Positions 20,746 through 31,618 of a DNA stretch of 64,000 nt are shown here, one piece after another (within the stretch, counting starts at the first letter, position 1; each line of letters begins with the position of its first letter). The notes beneath the pieces are model-generated. The model searched no databases. It saw only the letters and a list, made by a program, of their open reading frames with translations, and had not been told where the DNA came from. Source of the stretch: Methanothermobacter thermautotrophicus (lineage in GTDB: Archaea > Methanobacteriota > Methanobacteria > Methanobacteriales > Methanothermobacteraceae); the NCBI RefSeq assembly GCF_014889545.1, contig NZ_QKOF01000007.1, forward strand, positions 55,625 through 119,624, in the 5' to 3' direction. A program made the position numbers and the translations under genes.

Positions 20746-21392
20746 CTCAGCTCCGCTATAACGGTGCAGGGTGCGCTGTCAACTGATCCAAGCATCCATG
20801 GAACCGCGAACACCCTCCCGGTAACCTCCCGGATCCTGTCAAGTTTCATGTCCTCTATGAGGAGCAGGGGGTCCCCATAGTAAGGTTTCTCCATGAAGGC
20901 GTTCAGATGGGCCATCCTCCCCTCAGAGGGCCTTGATGAAGTGGATATGGATATGCAGTCAATCCCGATAGCCCTTATCCCCTTGAAGTTTCTTCTTATA
21001 TGGTCTATGAGTTCAGGGGTTATCCATGGGTTGTCCCTGAGGTAAACCTCCTCTCCCCTGAGTGACCCGAAACCTGTTTTTATGATGAGGAGCTCACACT
21101 CCACAAGTTCAACGTCATCCTTCCCTATGGGGACACATGGACCTGCATCCACCTCAACGATGGAGACCTCGTTGAAGATAAGATCATTGATGCTGTATTC
21201 AGAGATCCTCCTTCCGCCCTCAATGAAGTGTGCGGGTGCATCTATGTGTGTACCTGCATGGTTGCTGGTCCTGATGGTGTGGGTCTCATATCCATCATTC
21301 CCTACAGTGGTGCTCATGGTTATACTCACATCCTCAAGGGATGGGTGGACCGGTGATCTGTCCTCAAGGGGGTATGAGAGCAGCTCATACAT
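20742..21392 (-). CDS. Cyclase-family protein (kynurenine-formamidase-like metal hydrolase)
   Basis: HAGTHIDAPAHF (HxGTHxDxPxH) motif. Overlaps the TrmO-like gene by 4 nt. Confidence 0.7.
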   Translation of the reverse strand: MYELLSYPLEDRSPVHPSLEDVSITMSTTVGNDGYETHTIRTSNHAGTHIDAPAHFIEGGRRISEYSINDLIFNEVSIVEVDAGPCVPIGKDDVELVECELLIIKTGFGSLRGEEVYLRDNPWITPELIDHIRRNFKGIRAIGIDCISISTSSRPSEGRMAHLNAFMEKPYYGDPLLLIEDMKLDRIREVTGRVFAVPWMLGSVDSAPCTVIAELR

Positions 21393-21394
21393 TT

Positions 21395-21754
21395 TTATTC
21401 CTCAGAGCGTGAATGCAGTTTACTGCACTGCTCTATGAACTCCACAACCCCATTATCCCGCAGGTAGTAGCGTGCCATCTTACCATCCCTCTCATAGTCA
21501 ACCATCCCCGCGTTCCTGAGGATCCTCAGCTGATGTGAAACCGCTGACTGGGTTACATCCAGTAATGATGCCAGTTCACATACGCAGAGGGAGTCCAGTG
21601 AAAGTGCCATGAGTATCTTAAGTCTTGTTGGTTCAGATAATATCTTAAAAATGTCACAGATCCCCCTTATCTCATCCCCGGAGGGCATTTCAGCCCTGAC
21701 CCTGAGCACCTTTTCCTCGTCTGTATGCTCAATTTCACAGATATCCCTCTTCAT
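21395..21754 (-). CDS. ArsR/SmtB-family transcriptional regulator
   Basis: ICDIFKILSEPTRLKILMAL...CVCELA...SAVSHQLRIL helix-turn-helix signature. Start placed at the internal Met (MKRDICEIE). Confidence 0.75.
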   Translation of the reverse strand: MKRDICEIEHTDEEKVLRVRAEMPSGDEIRGICDIFKILSEPTRLKILMALSLDSLCVCELASLLDVTQSAVSHQLRILRNAGMVDYERDGKMARYYLRDNGVVEFIEQCSKLHSRSEE

Positions 21755-22085
21755 GAAATACTTTATAGATGGAAGTGTAGATAATAATAACGGAGAGACT
21801 CTGGTGAAATATGTGGATGGATTAGCATGGCCGTTGACTGGATAAGGATAAGGGACCTTGTGGGGGAGGAGCACACCTACAGTACGGGTCCCCGTGGGAA
21901 TGCAGTGGAGATTCGTGTGAGTGAGAGGAAGATAACCGTCACATACCTTCAGGATGATGAACCCGTGCAGAGGGTCTTTATAAAGTCCAATATTGTCTAT
22001 TATGATTACAGTTCAGAGCATCTGAGAAAAAAGTACAGCTAGAATTGAATTTCAGCTGATCTGCTTTAAGTAATGGAATGATACC

Positions 22086-22787
22086 ATGAAGACCATCATA
22101 TTTGATATTGATAAGACACTCCTTGTGGGTTCCCACTGCCACTTCTACTCCTTCAGGCTGGCATTCAGGGAACTCTTTGATGTTGATGTCAGGATAGACA
22201 TCGGGAACATTCAGGGGATGACCGATAAGGAGATAATATTCAGGACAGGGGCAGAACATGGCCTTGAGATTGGAGATGAAGAGTTCAGAAGGATAGTTGA
22301 CAGGATATCCTGCAACTACCGGCTGAACCTTGGCAGGGATAATATAAGGGCCCTTGATGGTGCCGGAGCGGTCCTTGAGCGCCTCAGAGATGCAGGGATA
22401 CCCCTTGGAGTTGTAACCGGTAACATTGAACCCGTGGCCTGGCTGAAACTGAGGGCTGCGTCCTTTGATACTCACTTCAGCTTCGGAGGCTTCGGTAATG
22501 AGGGCTGCAGCAGGGCCTCAATTCTGAGGCTGGCCCTTGAAAGAGCTTCAGGTATCTATGGAAACCTCAAAGCAGGGGATGTTATTGCCGTGGGCGACAC
22601 ACCCCGTGATATCGCAGCCGGCAGGGAGGTGGGTGTTACAACGGTGGGGGTTGCAACAGGCGATTTCAGCATGGATGAACTTGAGGAGGCGGGTGCAGAC
22701 CACGTCCTTGAGGGACTGTTTGATGTTGATGCTTTTCTTGAGATAGCAGGGTATCCTTACCCGGTAACCTCAGAGGTTCCAAGATGA
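22086..22787 (+). CDS. HAD-superfamily hydrolase
   Basis: N-terminal IIFDIDKTLL (DxD) motif, a later VVTGN segment and a distal GDTPRDIAAG motif. Confidence 0.7.
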   Translation: MKTIIFDIDKTLLVGSHCHFYSFRLAFRELFDVDVRIDIGNIQGMTDKEIIFRTGAEHGLEIGDEEFRRIVDRISCNYRLNLGRDNIRALDGAGAVLERLRDAGIPLGVVTGNIEPVAWLKLRAASFDTHFSFGGFGNEGCSRASILRLALERASGIYGNLKAGDVIAVGDTPRDIAAGREVGVTTVGVATGDFSMDELEEAGADHVLEGLFDVDAFLEIAGYPYPVTSEVPR

Positions 22788-22903
22788 TTCCTGCAACCAG
22801 ATAAGGGATTTGTTATCATGAAAAATATCCTGGAGAGAATCAGGAAAATAGGGGTCTGTATGAAGATCCCTCTAACAATAAAAGACCAGAGAGAGGTGCT
22901 CAG

Positions 22904-23749
22904 ATGAAGATCCTTATAACCGGTTCCTCAGGCATGCTTGGAGGGGACCTCGTTGATGTCCTCTCCCTGGGGCATGAGGTTGTAACTTCGGGCTCCCTTG
23001 ACATTCGTGACCTTGATGGTGTTATGGAATTCCTAAGGGAGACCCGTCCAGATGTCGTTGTACATGCCGCGGCATTCACAGATGTTGACTGTGCAGAAAC
23101 AGAGAGGGACACTGCATACCAGGTGAATGTGCTTGGAACCAGGAACATTGCAGCCGCGGCATCTGAGGTGGGGTCATCCATCCTTTACATATCAACGGAT
23201 TACGTCTTTGACGGTGAAAAGGGTGAGGGATACCTTGAATTCGATGAACCAAACCCCATCAACTTCTATGGTAAAACAAAGTACCTCGGGGAGGTTTCGG
23301 TGCGTGAGCTTTCAGAGAGGTTCTACATCGTCAGGACATCCTGGCTGTTCGGGACGAACGGTAGGAACTTCGTGAGGACCATGATTGAACTGGCAGAGAT
23401 GGGACATGAGATAAGTGTTGTGGATGACCAGTATGGCTCGCCCACCTACACCCGTGACCTTGCAGAGGCCATCGGGAAACTTGTGGAGAGGCCGGCCTAC
23501 GGGGTCTACCACATCACGAATTCCGGGCAGTGCTCATGGTATGAGTTTGCCTCTGACATATTCCATGAACTCGGCATGGAAGTGCAGCTGAAACCAGTGA
23601 AAAGTCATGAATTCCCGAGGCCTGCCAGGAGACCATCATTCTCCGTCCTCAGGAACTATAACTGGTCCATGGAGGGCTTCAAACCCCTAAGGAGCTACAG
23701 GGACGCCCTGAAGGATTACCTTAAAGAGACAGGCGCCGGGAGTGAATGA
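22904..23749 (+). CDS. rfbD: dTDP-4-dehydrorhamnose reductase
   Basis: MKILITGSSGMLG NAD(P)-binding N-terminus, the RmlD-like STDYVFDG motif, and operon context with rmlA/C/B. Confidence 0.85.
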   Translation: MKILITGSSGMLGGDLVDVLSLGHEVVTSGSLDIRDLDGVMEFLRETRPDVVVHAAAFTDVDCAETERDTAYQVNVLGTRNIAAAASEVGSSILYISTDYVFDGEKGEGYLEFDEPNPINFYGKTKYLGEVSVRELSERFYIVRTSWLFGTNGRNFVRTMIELAEMGHEISVVDDQYGSPTYTRDLAEAIGKLVERPAYGVYHITNSGQCSWYEFASDIFHELGMEVQLKPVKSHEFPRPARRPSFSVLRNYNWSMEGFKPLRSYRDALKDYLKETGAGSE

Positions 23750-23766
23750 TGTAGTGGAGGTGAAGC

Positions 23767-24645
23767 ATGAAGGGAATAGTTCTTGCAGGTGGCTCAGGGA
23801 CACGCCTCTACCCCATAACAAGGGCTGTCTCAAAGCAGCTGCTACCAGTCTATGATAAACCAATGATATACTATCCCCTATCCGTCCTTATGCTGGCGGG
23901 TATAAGGGACATACTCGTAATATCAACACCCCGGGACCTTCCACTCTACAGGGATCTTCTGGAGGACGGCTCGCAGTTTGGGGTTAAATTCACCTACAGG
24001 ACCCAGGAGGAACCCAGGGGGATTGCGGATGCATTCCTGGTTGGTAAGGACTTCATAGGGGACTCAAAGGTCGCCCTTGTTCTGGGTGATAATGTATTCT
24101 ATGGACACAGGTTCAGTGAAATACTCCAGAGGGCGGCTTCACTTGATGAGGGTGCGGTAATATTCGGTTACTATGTCAAGGACCCCCGTCCCTTCGGCGT
24201 GGTTGAATTTGACAGCGAAGGAAGGGTTATATCCATTGAGGAGAAACCATCAAGGCCTAAATCAAATTACGTAGTACCTGGCCTCTACTTCTATGATAAC
24301 CAGGTTGTTGAGATCGCTGAAAGGATAGAACCCTCAGATAGGGGGGAACTTGAAATAACATCAATCAATGAGGAGTACCTCAGGATGGGTAAACTCAGGG
24401 TCGAGCTCATGGGTCGTGGTATGGCCTGGCTGGATACAGGGACCCATGACGGCCTCCTTGAGGCAAGCAGTTTCATAGAAACAATACAGAAGAGGCAGGG
24501 ATTCTACATTGCATGCCTGGAGGAGATCGCCTACAACAACGGCTGGATCACCAGGGAGGATGTGCTTGAAATGGCTGAAAAGCTTGAAAAAACAGATTAC
24601 GGTAAGTACCTCAGGGACCTTGCGGAGGGGAACTTCCATGGGTGA
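23767..24645 (+). CDS. rfbA: Glucose-1-phosphate thymidylyltransferase
   Basis: [18 protein letters not shown]...[18 protein letters not shown] is the RmlA signature. Confidence 0.9.
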   Translation: MKGIVLAGGSGTRLYPITRAVSKQLLPVYDKPMIYYPLSVLMLAGIRDILVISTPRDLPLYRDLLEDGSQFGVKFTYRTQEEPRGIADAFLVGKDFIGDSKVALVLGDNVFYGHRFSEILQRAASLDEGAVIFGYYVKDPRPFGVVEFDSEGRVISIEEKPSRPKSNYVVPGLYFYDNQVVEIAERIEPSDRGELEITSINEEYLRMGKLRVELMGRGMAWLDTGTHDGLLEASSFIETIQKRQGFYIACLEEIAYNNGWITREDVLEMAEKLEKTDYGKYLRDLAEGNFHG

Positions 24646-25195
24646 ATTCAGGTTCAGAAAAACCCGCCTCGATGGCGCCTTCATCATAGAACCAGAGGTG
24701 TACATGGACGACAGGGGATACTTCATGGAGACCTTCAATGAGGCCATATTCAGGGAGAATGGCCTTGAAGTCAGTTTTGTGCAGGACAACGAGTCGATGT
24801 CGGTTCGGGGAGTCCTCAGGGGGCTGCACTTCCAGAGAAAGAAGCCCCAGGGAAAACTTGTCAGGGTGATAAGGGGTGAAATATTTGATGTTGCGGTGGA
24901 CCTCAGGAGGGACTCAGAGACCTACGGGGAATGGGCTGGCGTCAGGCTCTCAGATGAGAACAGGAGGGAGTTCTTCATCCCCGAGGGATTTGCACATGGA
25001 TTTCTGGCCCTCTCAGATGAGTGCATAGTTAACTACAAGTGCACCGAGCTCTACCACCCGGAGTATGACTCCGGTATCCCCTGGGACGACCCCGACATTG
25101 GAATAGACTGGCCCCTTGAAATGGTTGACGACCTTATAATCTCAGAGAAGGACAGGAACTGGAAGCCACTGAGGGAGAACCCTGTATACCTGTGA
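24638..25195 (+). CDS. rfbC: dTDP-4-dehydrorhamnose 3,5-epimerase
   Basis: Cupin-fold RmlC motifs ([35 protein letters not shown]). Start at the internal ATG overlapping the rfbA stop; the longer listed ORF is an out-of-context N-terminal extension. Confidence 0.85.
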   Translation: MGEFRFRKTRLDGAFIIEPEVYMDDRGYFMETFNEAIFRENGLEVSFVQDNESMSVRGVLRGLHFQRKKPQGKLVRVIRGEIFDVAVDLRRDSETYGEWAGVRLSDENRREFFIPEGFAHGFLALSDECIVNYKCTELYHPEYDSGIPWDDPDIGIDWPLEMVDDLIISEKDRNWKPLRENPVYL

Positions 25196-25205
25196 GGAGA
25201 TCTGA

Positions 25206-26216
25206 ATGGACAGGATTCTTGTAACTGGTGGGGCCGGTTTCATCGGGAGCAACTTCATAAGGTACATGCTCCAGGAACATCCCTACCAGATAATAAACCT
25301 TGACGCCCTCACCTACTGCGGAAACCTTGAGAACCTCAGGGGGGTTGAGGATGACCCCCGCTACACGTTTGTGAGGGGGAGCATAACCGACAGAAAACTC
25401 GTGGATGGCATCATAAAGGACGTGGACGCTGTTATTAACTTTGCGGCGGAGTCACATGTCGACCGGAGCATCGAGGATCCCGGGATATTCCTAAGGACCA
25501 ATGTCCTGGGAACTCAGACACTGCTGGAGTCCTCAAGGAGACATGGAGTTGAAAGGTTCATACAGATCTCAACCGATGAGGTCTATGGTTCACTGGAGAA
25601 GGGCTACTTCACAGAGGAGACCCCACTGGCGCCCAACAGCCCCTACTCTGCCAGCAAGGCCTCTGCGGATCTCATGGTAAGGGCTTATCACAGGACCTAT
25701 GGCCTGCCGGTTAATATAACCCGCTGCTCAAACAACTATGGGCCCTACCAGTTCCCGGAGAAACTCATACCCCTAATGATAACAAATGCCCTTGAGAATA
25801 AGCCGTTGCCTGTCTATGGTGACGGAATGAATGTCAGGGACTGGATACATGTCCAGGACCACTGCAGGGCAGTTGACCTTGTCCTGCACAGGGGACGTGC
25901 GGGTGAGGTCTACAATATAGGTGGTAACAGTGAGAGGAGGAATATAGAGATCGTTGAGCTGATAGTGAGGGAACTTGGCAGGGACGAATCCCTCATAAGG
26001 TTCGTTGAGGACCGCCCGGGCCATGACCGGAGATATGCAATCGATGCGAGTAAGATAAGGAATGAACTTGGATGGAAGCCCCTTTACTCCTTTGAGGAGG
26101 GTATAAGAGAGACCATAAGGTGGTACATTGATAACAGGGAATGGTGGGAGAATATAAAAAGCGGGGAGTACCTGAGGTACTATGAGAGGATGTACGGTGG
26201 TAGACTCAGGGATTAA
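25206..26216 (+). CDS. rfbB: dTDP-glucose 4,6-dehydratase
   Basis: MDRILVTGGAGFIGSNF and YSASKASAD catalytic YxxxK. 336 aa. Confidence 0.9.
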   Translation: MDRILVTGGAGFIGSNFIRYMLQEHPYQIINLDALTYCGNLENLRGVEDDPRYTFVRGSITDRKLVDGIIKDVDAVINFAAESHVDRSIEDPGIFLRTNVLGTQTLLESSRRHGVERFIQISTDEVYGSLEKGYFTEETPLAPNSPYSASKASADLMVRAYHRTYGLPVNITRCSNNYGPYQFPEKLIPLMITNALENKPLPVYGDGMNVRDWIHVQDHCRAVDLVLHRGRAGEVYNIGGNSERRNIEIVELIVRELGRDESLIRFVEDRPGHDRRYAIDASKIRNELGWKPLYSFEEGIRETIRWYIDNREWWENIKSGEYLRYYERMYGGRLRD

Positions 26217-26248
26217 TTTTTTAATTAGGGTTATTCCTGATATCCAGG

Positions 26249-26623
26249 TTAATCCCTTTGAGATCTCTGTGAAATTAGGTTTCTGATCTCATCCAGGTTA
26301 ATCTCTATGAATCTCCTGCTCGAGGGGTCTGCGAGTATCTCCAGCTGCTTTTTTCCTGTTTTCTGGTGGGCAGCCCCAAGGATATCCTGGATATCAGAGA
26401 CATCCATTTCAAGGACGGCCCTCACCCTCTCCCTTTCATATTCTGATAGCTGTGAATAGCCCTCGATTATCTGTGATCTGAATTTAGAGGCCAGATTTGT
26501 CCCTCCACGAGCCCAGCGCCTGAGAAGGAATGAAGGGACCCTTGTGAAGAGTTCAAGGGATTCAATAACATCTTCCTCGGTTATTTTCATGTTAATCTCT
26601 GTGGCGATAATTTTATATAACAC
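26249..26623 (-). CDS. Hypothetical protein (124 aa), divergent from the TetR gene
   Basis: ORF only; no motif recognised. Confidence 0.4.
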   Translation of the reverse strand: MLYKIIATEINMKITEEDVIESLELFTRVPSFLLRRWARGGTNLASKFRSQIIEGYSQLSEYERERVRAVLEMDVSDIQDILGAAHQKTGKKQLEILADPSSRRFIEINLDEIRNLISQRSQRD

Positions 26624-26652
26624 TAACCCCCAGAATGTTAGTAAGTGCTTAC

Positions 26653-27249
26653 ATGCGTGGTATCATGGTCTCCACAGAGAATAGAATAACCGACGCTGCA
26701 AGGGAACTGTTCATAAAAAAGGGATACAGGGGTACAACTACCCGGGAAATTGCATCCCGGGCCGGTGTGAGTGAAGTAACAGTCTTCAGGAAATTTGGAT
26801 CCAAGAAAAACCTTCTAAAAAGGATAATGGATGAGAGCATCGAAAGGATATCACCGGCCCTCCAAGTCCTTGAGGGAGATGGTGAACCCCGTGATGTGCT
26901 GGAGGAGGTCAGCCAGCAGCTTGTAAGGGTAATGGTCCGGGAGAAGATTGACCTTCTATTCGTGATGATGGTAGAGAGGGAACTTGAAGAACACGGCTTT
27001 GAGGAGTGGGAGATCCCTGACTCAGCTGGCAGATTGATATACGATTCAATTGAGGGTTACCTCAGGAAGAAGATCAGGGAGGGATCCATAAGAGCCGTGG
27101 ATCCAGGGACAGTCGCAGAGATGATGATAAGTTACATCTCCCATGCAAGCCTCAGTTCACACTTCCGTGGACATGAAACACCTGCAGCAGGGAGGTTCAT
27201 AGACATACTCTGGGAGGGCATAGGAGGAGGTGGTATGATTAAGGGATAG
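26653..27249 (+). CDS. TetR/AcrR-family transcriptional regulator
   Basis: ITDAARELFIKKGYRGTTTREIASRAGVSEVTVFRKFGSKKNLL helix-turn-helix signature. Confidence 0.7.
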   Translation: MRGIMVSTENRITDAARELFIKKGYRGTTTREIASRAGVSEVTVFRKFGSKKNLLKRIMDESIERISPALQVLEGDGEPRDVLEEVSQQLVRVMVREKIDLLFVMMVERELEEHGFEEWEIPDSAGRLIYDSIEGYLRKKIREGSIRAVDPGTVAEMMISYISHASLSSHFRGHETPAAGRFIDILWEGIGGGGMIKG

Positions 27250-27330
27250 TTCCAGGGGGACCTTAGGGACCTTATAGGTACATTCAGAAGGGTTGCTGAA
27301 AACCCGGCTTCAAGAATCCTTCTAAAGCAT

Positions 27331-28695
27331 ATGATGGGGGAGTGCCGGAAGGACAGAGCTCCCCGGATAGAGAGTGCCCTGAGACACTTCCTCCATGACG
27401 ATGAATGCTGCTTCGAGTGCAGGGTGCTCTCCAGTATCCTCGGCCTAATAGTGAGCAGAGGAGCAGAGGCCTTTGGCGTGAATGAGGATGATATAAAGGA
27501 ACAGATGCATGATCCCCACTGGTTGAGGGGCCTCATCAGCGTCCTCCAGGGCATCGGGTTCTTCGGTGTCAGCAGACCCTTCATACCTGGAGCCCCATTC
27601 CAGGTGGTGTGGAACATTACAGGGCGTTGCAACCTGAAATGCAAGCACTGCTACGAATACGCCGGTAATAGTTCACATGAAATGGAAGTCACTGAAGGTC
27701 TCAGAGTTATAGACACCCTCGCAGATGCAGGCGTAACATCCCTTGCCTTTTCAGGTGGAGAGCCCGGAATACACCCCGGCATAATCGAATACATCTCCCG
27801 GTCCCATGAGAAGGGCATGTACACCGCCATGGCAACCAATGGCTACATTTTCAGTGACAGTAAGCTCTGCAGTAAATTCGTTGATGCTGGCCTGCAGTTT
27901 GTACAGATAAGCATCGATTCCATGAGGCCAGAGGTCCACGACAGATTTCGTGGTGTTAATGGCTCATGGGAGAGGGCCTGCAAGGCCGTTAAAAACTTCT
28001 CAGAGTATGACATCTTTGTGGAGGTTGCAACCACTGTAACCTCAGAAAACTGTATGCACCTGTCAGGAATGGCTGAATTTTTCCATGAACTGGGTGCAGA
28101 CTGGTTCATGCTCTACAATTTCATCCCGGCTGGCAGGGGAAATGAAAACCGCCAGCTGGACATAAGCCCTGAAGAGAGGTACAGGGTCCTCTGTGACGCC
28201 TACTACAGTAACCTCCGTGGAAAAATCCAAGTCCTTTCAACAGCGCCACAGTTCGCACCAGTCGCAGCAGATCTAAGCGAGCATAAGACGATAATACCCA
28301 CCCACTTCTATAATCCTGAATACACAGAGGAAACACTCCATCTGGCAGAATTTATTGGTGGATGTGGCGCTGGAAGATTCTACCTGAGCATCGAACCGGA
28401 TGGTGATATCTATCCCTGCGTATTCTTCCCCCACCATGAGGACCTGCGTGTGGGCAACATTCTCGAAGACGACTTTGAAGATTTATGGAAGAACAACAGG
28501 ATCCTCAAGAGCCTCAGGGACAGGGATGAACTCAAAGGTCACTGCGGGTCATGTGAATCCAGATACATCTGCGGCGGCTGCAGGGCACGCGCCCTATCCT
28601 ATCTTGGGGACATCAATTCACCGGACCCTGGCTGTGTGAAGAACACTGGGGAATGGTTCAGGATCTGTGGAGAAAAGCAAAATGGTGGTGTTTAA
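27331..28695 (+). CDS. Radical SAM enzyme with C-terminal SPASM domain and a Cys-containing N-terminal extension of about 90 aa
   Basis: CNLKCKHC (CxxxCxxC) plus GGEP motif. C-terminal CGAG...CGSCESRYICGGCRAR auxiliary-cluster cysteines. Confidence 0.75.
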   Translation: MMGECRKDRAPRIESALRHFLHDDECCFECRVLSSILGLIVSRGAEAFGVNEDDIKEQMHDPHWLRGLISVLQGIGFFGVSRPFIPGAPFQVVWNITGRCNLKCKHCYEYAGNSSHEMEVTEGLRVIDTLADAGVTSLAFSGGEPGIHPGIIEYISRSHEKGMYTAMATNGYIFSDSKLCSKFVDAGLQFVQISIDSMRPEVHDRFRGVNGSWERACKAVKNFSEYDIFVEVATTVTSENCMHLSGMAEFFHELGADWFMLYNFIPAGRGNENRQLDISPEERYRVLCDAYYSNLRGKIQVLSTAPQFAPVAADLSEHKTIIPTHFYNPEYTEETLHLAEFIGGCGAGRFYLSIEPDGDIYPCVFFPHHEDLRVGNILEDDFEDLWKNNRILKSLRDRDELKGHCGSCESRYICGGCRARALSYLGDINSPDPGCVKNTGEWFRICGEKQNGGV

Positions 28696-30084
28696 TTGGA
28701 CGTTGTGCTTATAAACCCCGAGGACCGGACAGCTGTTAAGAATAAACTGGGCTTTGTTTTGCCACCCCTCAACCTGATGTACCTTGGAGCCGCCCTTGAA
28801 AGCGCATCCTTCACTGTTAAGATAATCGACGATGACCTTAAGAGGATGGGAGCTGAGGGGGTTGCCAGAATAGTTGAAAGGATCAACCCACTCATTGTGG
28901 GAATAACAGCAACCACTGCAACGATAAAGACGTCCCTCGAGTACGTAAGGGCCATAAAGAATCGTTTACCCGAGGTCCTGACAGTTATAGGGGGGCCACA
29001 TCCCACATTTCTCCCCGTGGATACCCTCAAGGACTGCAGGGACCTTGATGTTGTTGTAATGGGCGAGGGTGAGGCCACCATCGTGGACCTTGCAGAGGCC
29101 TGTGAAAGGGGAGGATGCCTTGATGGTGTAGCAGGTATCACCTACCGTACGGGTGACAGGATAAAGACAACCGGGCCCAGGGCCCTAATAGAGGACCTTG
29201 ACAGTATCCCCTTCCCTGCAAGGCATCTGGTACCCTTCAGGGACTATGAAACCTCCAGCCAGGACGCCGGCGGGATGATAACCAGTCGCGGCTGTGTCTA
29301 CCCCTGCAGGTACTGCTCATCATCCCTCATAATGGGTAAGAAGTTCAGGTTCAGGAGCCCGGAGAACGTTGTTGATGAGGTTGAGGAACTTGTGGAGGTC
29401 TACGGCCTGCATGATATAGCATTCCTTGACGACACCTTCATGCTACACAGGCCCCGTGCCAGGAAGATCTCTGAGGAGATACAGAGGAGGAACCTTGATG
29501 TGAGCTTTGTCACGTCCTCCAGGGTTGACATGGTCCAGGAGTCCCTTCTAAGGGACCTCAAGGCCGCCGGTATGAGCACAATATACTATGGTGTTGAATC
29601 AGGGTGTCAGCGCGTCCTTGATATGATGAAAAAGGGCATAACCGTGAAGCAGGCAGAGGATGCTGTGAGGGTCACCAAGAAGCTTGGTGTGGACGTCATA
29701 ACATCCTTCATCCTGGGATACCCCGGTGAAAAACCCGCAGAGATGGACCGGACCATAGACTTTTCAATAAAGCTTGACCCTGACTACAGCCAGTACTCAA
29801 TACTGACCCCATTCCCGGGCACTCCAATCTACGCCGAGCTCAAGAGCCAGGGACTCATTGAAGATGACTGGGAGAATTACACCGTCATAAAGCCTGTTAT
29901 AAAATACGAGAAGCTGGGTCTGAGCCGTGAGCTCATCCAGAAAAAACTTGTGAAGGCCTACCTGAAATTCTATTCAAGGCCACGTTACCTCATTAAGCAC
30001 AGCTACATGATACGCGTATTCTTCGAAACCCTCTACAGGACCTACATCGAGCCAAAGATCCCCTTTAAAAAGATTGAAGGGTGA
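28696..30084 (+). CDS. Cobalamin-binding (class B) radical SAM protein
   Basis: N-terminal B12-binding Rossmann-like domain (VLINP...[12 protein letters not shown]...GGPHPT), then [13 protein letters not shown] CxxxCxxC. TTG start immediately after the upstream stop; an alternative GTG start lies at 28705. Confidence 0.75.
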   Translation: MDVVLINPEDRTAVKNKLGFVLPPLNLMYLGAALESASFTVKIIDDDLKRMGAEGVARIVERINPLIVGITATTATIKTSLEYVRAIKNRLPEVLTVIGGPHPTFLPVDTLKDCRDLDVVVMGEGEATIVDLAEACERGGCLDGVAGITYRTGDRIKTTGPRALIEDLDSIPFPARHLVPFRDYETSSQDAGGMITSRGCVYPCRYCSSSLIMGKKFRFRSPENVVDEVEELVEVYGLHDIAFLDDTFMLHRPRARKISEEIQRRNLDVSFVTSSRVDMVQESLLRDLKAAGMSTIYYGVESGCQRVLDMMKKGITVKQAEDAVRVTKKLGVDVITSFILGYPGEKPAEMDRTIDFSIKLDPDYSQYSILTPFPGTPIYAELKSQGLIEDDWENYTVIKPVIKYEKLGLSRELIQKKLVKAYLKFYSRPRYLIKHSYMIRVFFETLYRTYIEPKIPFKKIEG

Positions 30085-30130
30085 ATGGGTTTATGGAACT
30101 GCAGATATGAGGGGGTGAAAAATGGGGGGT

Positions 30131-30934
30131 TCATGCCATCGGCATCCTGAAAACCCCCACATTAACACCTCCCAGGCCCACACGATTTATGATGTCAATT
30201 TTCCCTGATCCTTCAAGTTCAAGGTAGCCTGTTGAATTCCTTATAACCCTGAAACCTGCCGGTTCAAATGCGATGCCACCGTAATCCACTGAACCAGTGA
30301 TTCTAAGGATGTTGTCAGGGGAAATGGCCAGGGAAGTCCCCCCCATGGTTACATTGGTGCTCATATTACCGCTGGCCCTCAGATTCTGATGAAGGTCTGC
30401 TATGTAGAAACCGCCGGTGTTAACATTGAAGGAGGCGTTCCTGAAGGTGGAATTTCCGATTAACACTGTCCCTCCCCCTGCGTACTGGATAGTCAAATTG
30501 AGGTTCTCTATCCTTGAATCATTGGCGAGTACAACCCTGAATCCACCTGTCCTGGTTTTAAGGGTGATATTGTAGATGTACCCGTTTGATAGCATTATCC
30601 TTGCACTGGCGGTGTCCATTGTAATGTTCAGGTTCAGGTTTTCACCATTCACTGTATGGTTAACCATGGGCCGCGGACTGCCAGAGCTCCTCTCTGTCTC
30701 AACGGTGTAAACACTCCCTGATGTGTTTGTAAATTCAAGGTCCACGCCGCTGGCATTTGATTCCAGGTTCACATTCACATACCTGACACCGGATACCTCA
30801 CTTGAGTTAAGTGTGAAGTTCTCAGTCACAGCCTCATCTGACCGCGGCAGGAGCGATGCTGCAGATGCAACGATAAATGCAGCCACCAGTATGATGAGGA
30901 GTACTGCCCCTGCAATATTCATTCTGTCCATCAT
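30131..30934 (-). CDS. Membrane-anchored secreted protein with DUF4097/LiaF-like beta-rich repeats and about 14 N-glycosylation sequons
   Basis: N-terminal transmembrane/signal segment IAGAVLLIILVAAFIVASAA. Numerous N-x-S/T sequons (NFT, NSS, NAS, NTS, NHT, NLT, NIT, NDS, NST, NMS, NVT). Repetitive Gly/Asn-rich strands. Confidence 0.5.
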   Translation of the reverse strand: MMDRMNIAGAVLLIILVAAFIVASAASLLPRSDEAVTENFTLNSSEVSGVRYVNVNLESNASGVDLEFTNTSGSVYTVETERSSGSPRPMVNHTVNGENLNLNITMDTASARIMLSNGYIYNITLKTRTGGFRVVLANDSRIENLNLTIQYAGGGTVLIGNSTFRNASFNVNTGGFYIADLHQNLRASGNMSTNVTMGGTSLAISPDNILRITGSVDYGGIAFEPAGFRVIRNSTGYLELEGSGKIDIINRVGLGGVNVGVFRMPMA

Positions 30935-31488
30935 AACACCCCCAGAATCATCATCAGAACGGTTACCACAACTGCTGGAAGTGCAAATACTGATAGAAAG
31001 GCCCTTCCATAGCCTATCCCATGCTCAGCATCCACTGCAGCAACAGCAGTGGTAATGGTCCATATGTACATCACCACCATGAGGGCTGTGGATGTGAAGA
31101 TTGTTCCCCAGAGTATCAGGGTCATGAAGGCGAATATTCCAACCACGAAGGGGGCCGCTGCAAAGCCCATCATCTTAAGGGTCCCTGAGAATGTCCCTAC
31201 TCCACTGAAAACCCTGGATGCGACTATATGGGATATCAGTGCCCATAAAATGAGTTTTATGAATGAAACAATCAGCACAGCAACTGCAAAGAACACAGGC
31301 ACCAGAATGCCTGCCCCTGTTACAGCTGAGACCACACCTCCAAGCATGTACCCTAGAAAGGCTGCGAGGAAAACGTACAGGTAGAGACCCTGCCCTTGAA
31401 GTCCCCTCTCCCGGACCCTCCTGAAGGCCTCCTCGGGTGATACAAGGACAAGTATCATGTCCCTTGAAAAGTTCATTATTCTGTTCAA
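30931..31488 (-). CDS. Yip1-domain integral membrane protein
   Basis: Five hydrophobic helices with a Yip1-like arrangement. Overlaps the downstream gene by 4 nt. Confidence 0.5.
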   Translation of the reverse strand: MNRIMNFSRDMILVLVSPEEAFRRVRERGLQGQGLYLYVFLAAFLGYMLGGVVSAVTGAGILVPVFFAVAVLIVSFIKLILWALISHIVASRVFSGVGTFSGTLKMMGFAAAPFVVGIFAFMTLILWGTIFTSTALMVVMYIWTITTAVAAVDAEHGIGYGRAFLSVFALPAVVVTVLMMILGVL

Positions 31489-31618
31489 GACTTAACCTCC
31501 TACCTAATCTCAAATTTCCTGGTTATATCCACTAAAGCATCTCAAAAATAATTCTGTTTATACGCTTCACAATTCTGATCTGCTATCACCCCATTTTCAG
31601 GAAGAAATAATGAAATGA

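Noticed and set aside
21978-22475. 165-aa minus-strand ORF
   Set aside because: It overlaps the well-supported HAD hydrolase gene on the opposite strand and has no recognisable domain.
24509-24637. 43-codon N-terminal extension of rmlC
   Set aside because: The extension lies inside the rmlA coding region in another frame. The RmlC homology begins at the Met at 24638, where an ATGA overlap with the rmlA stop is typical.
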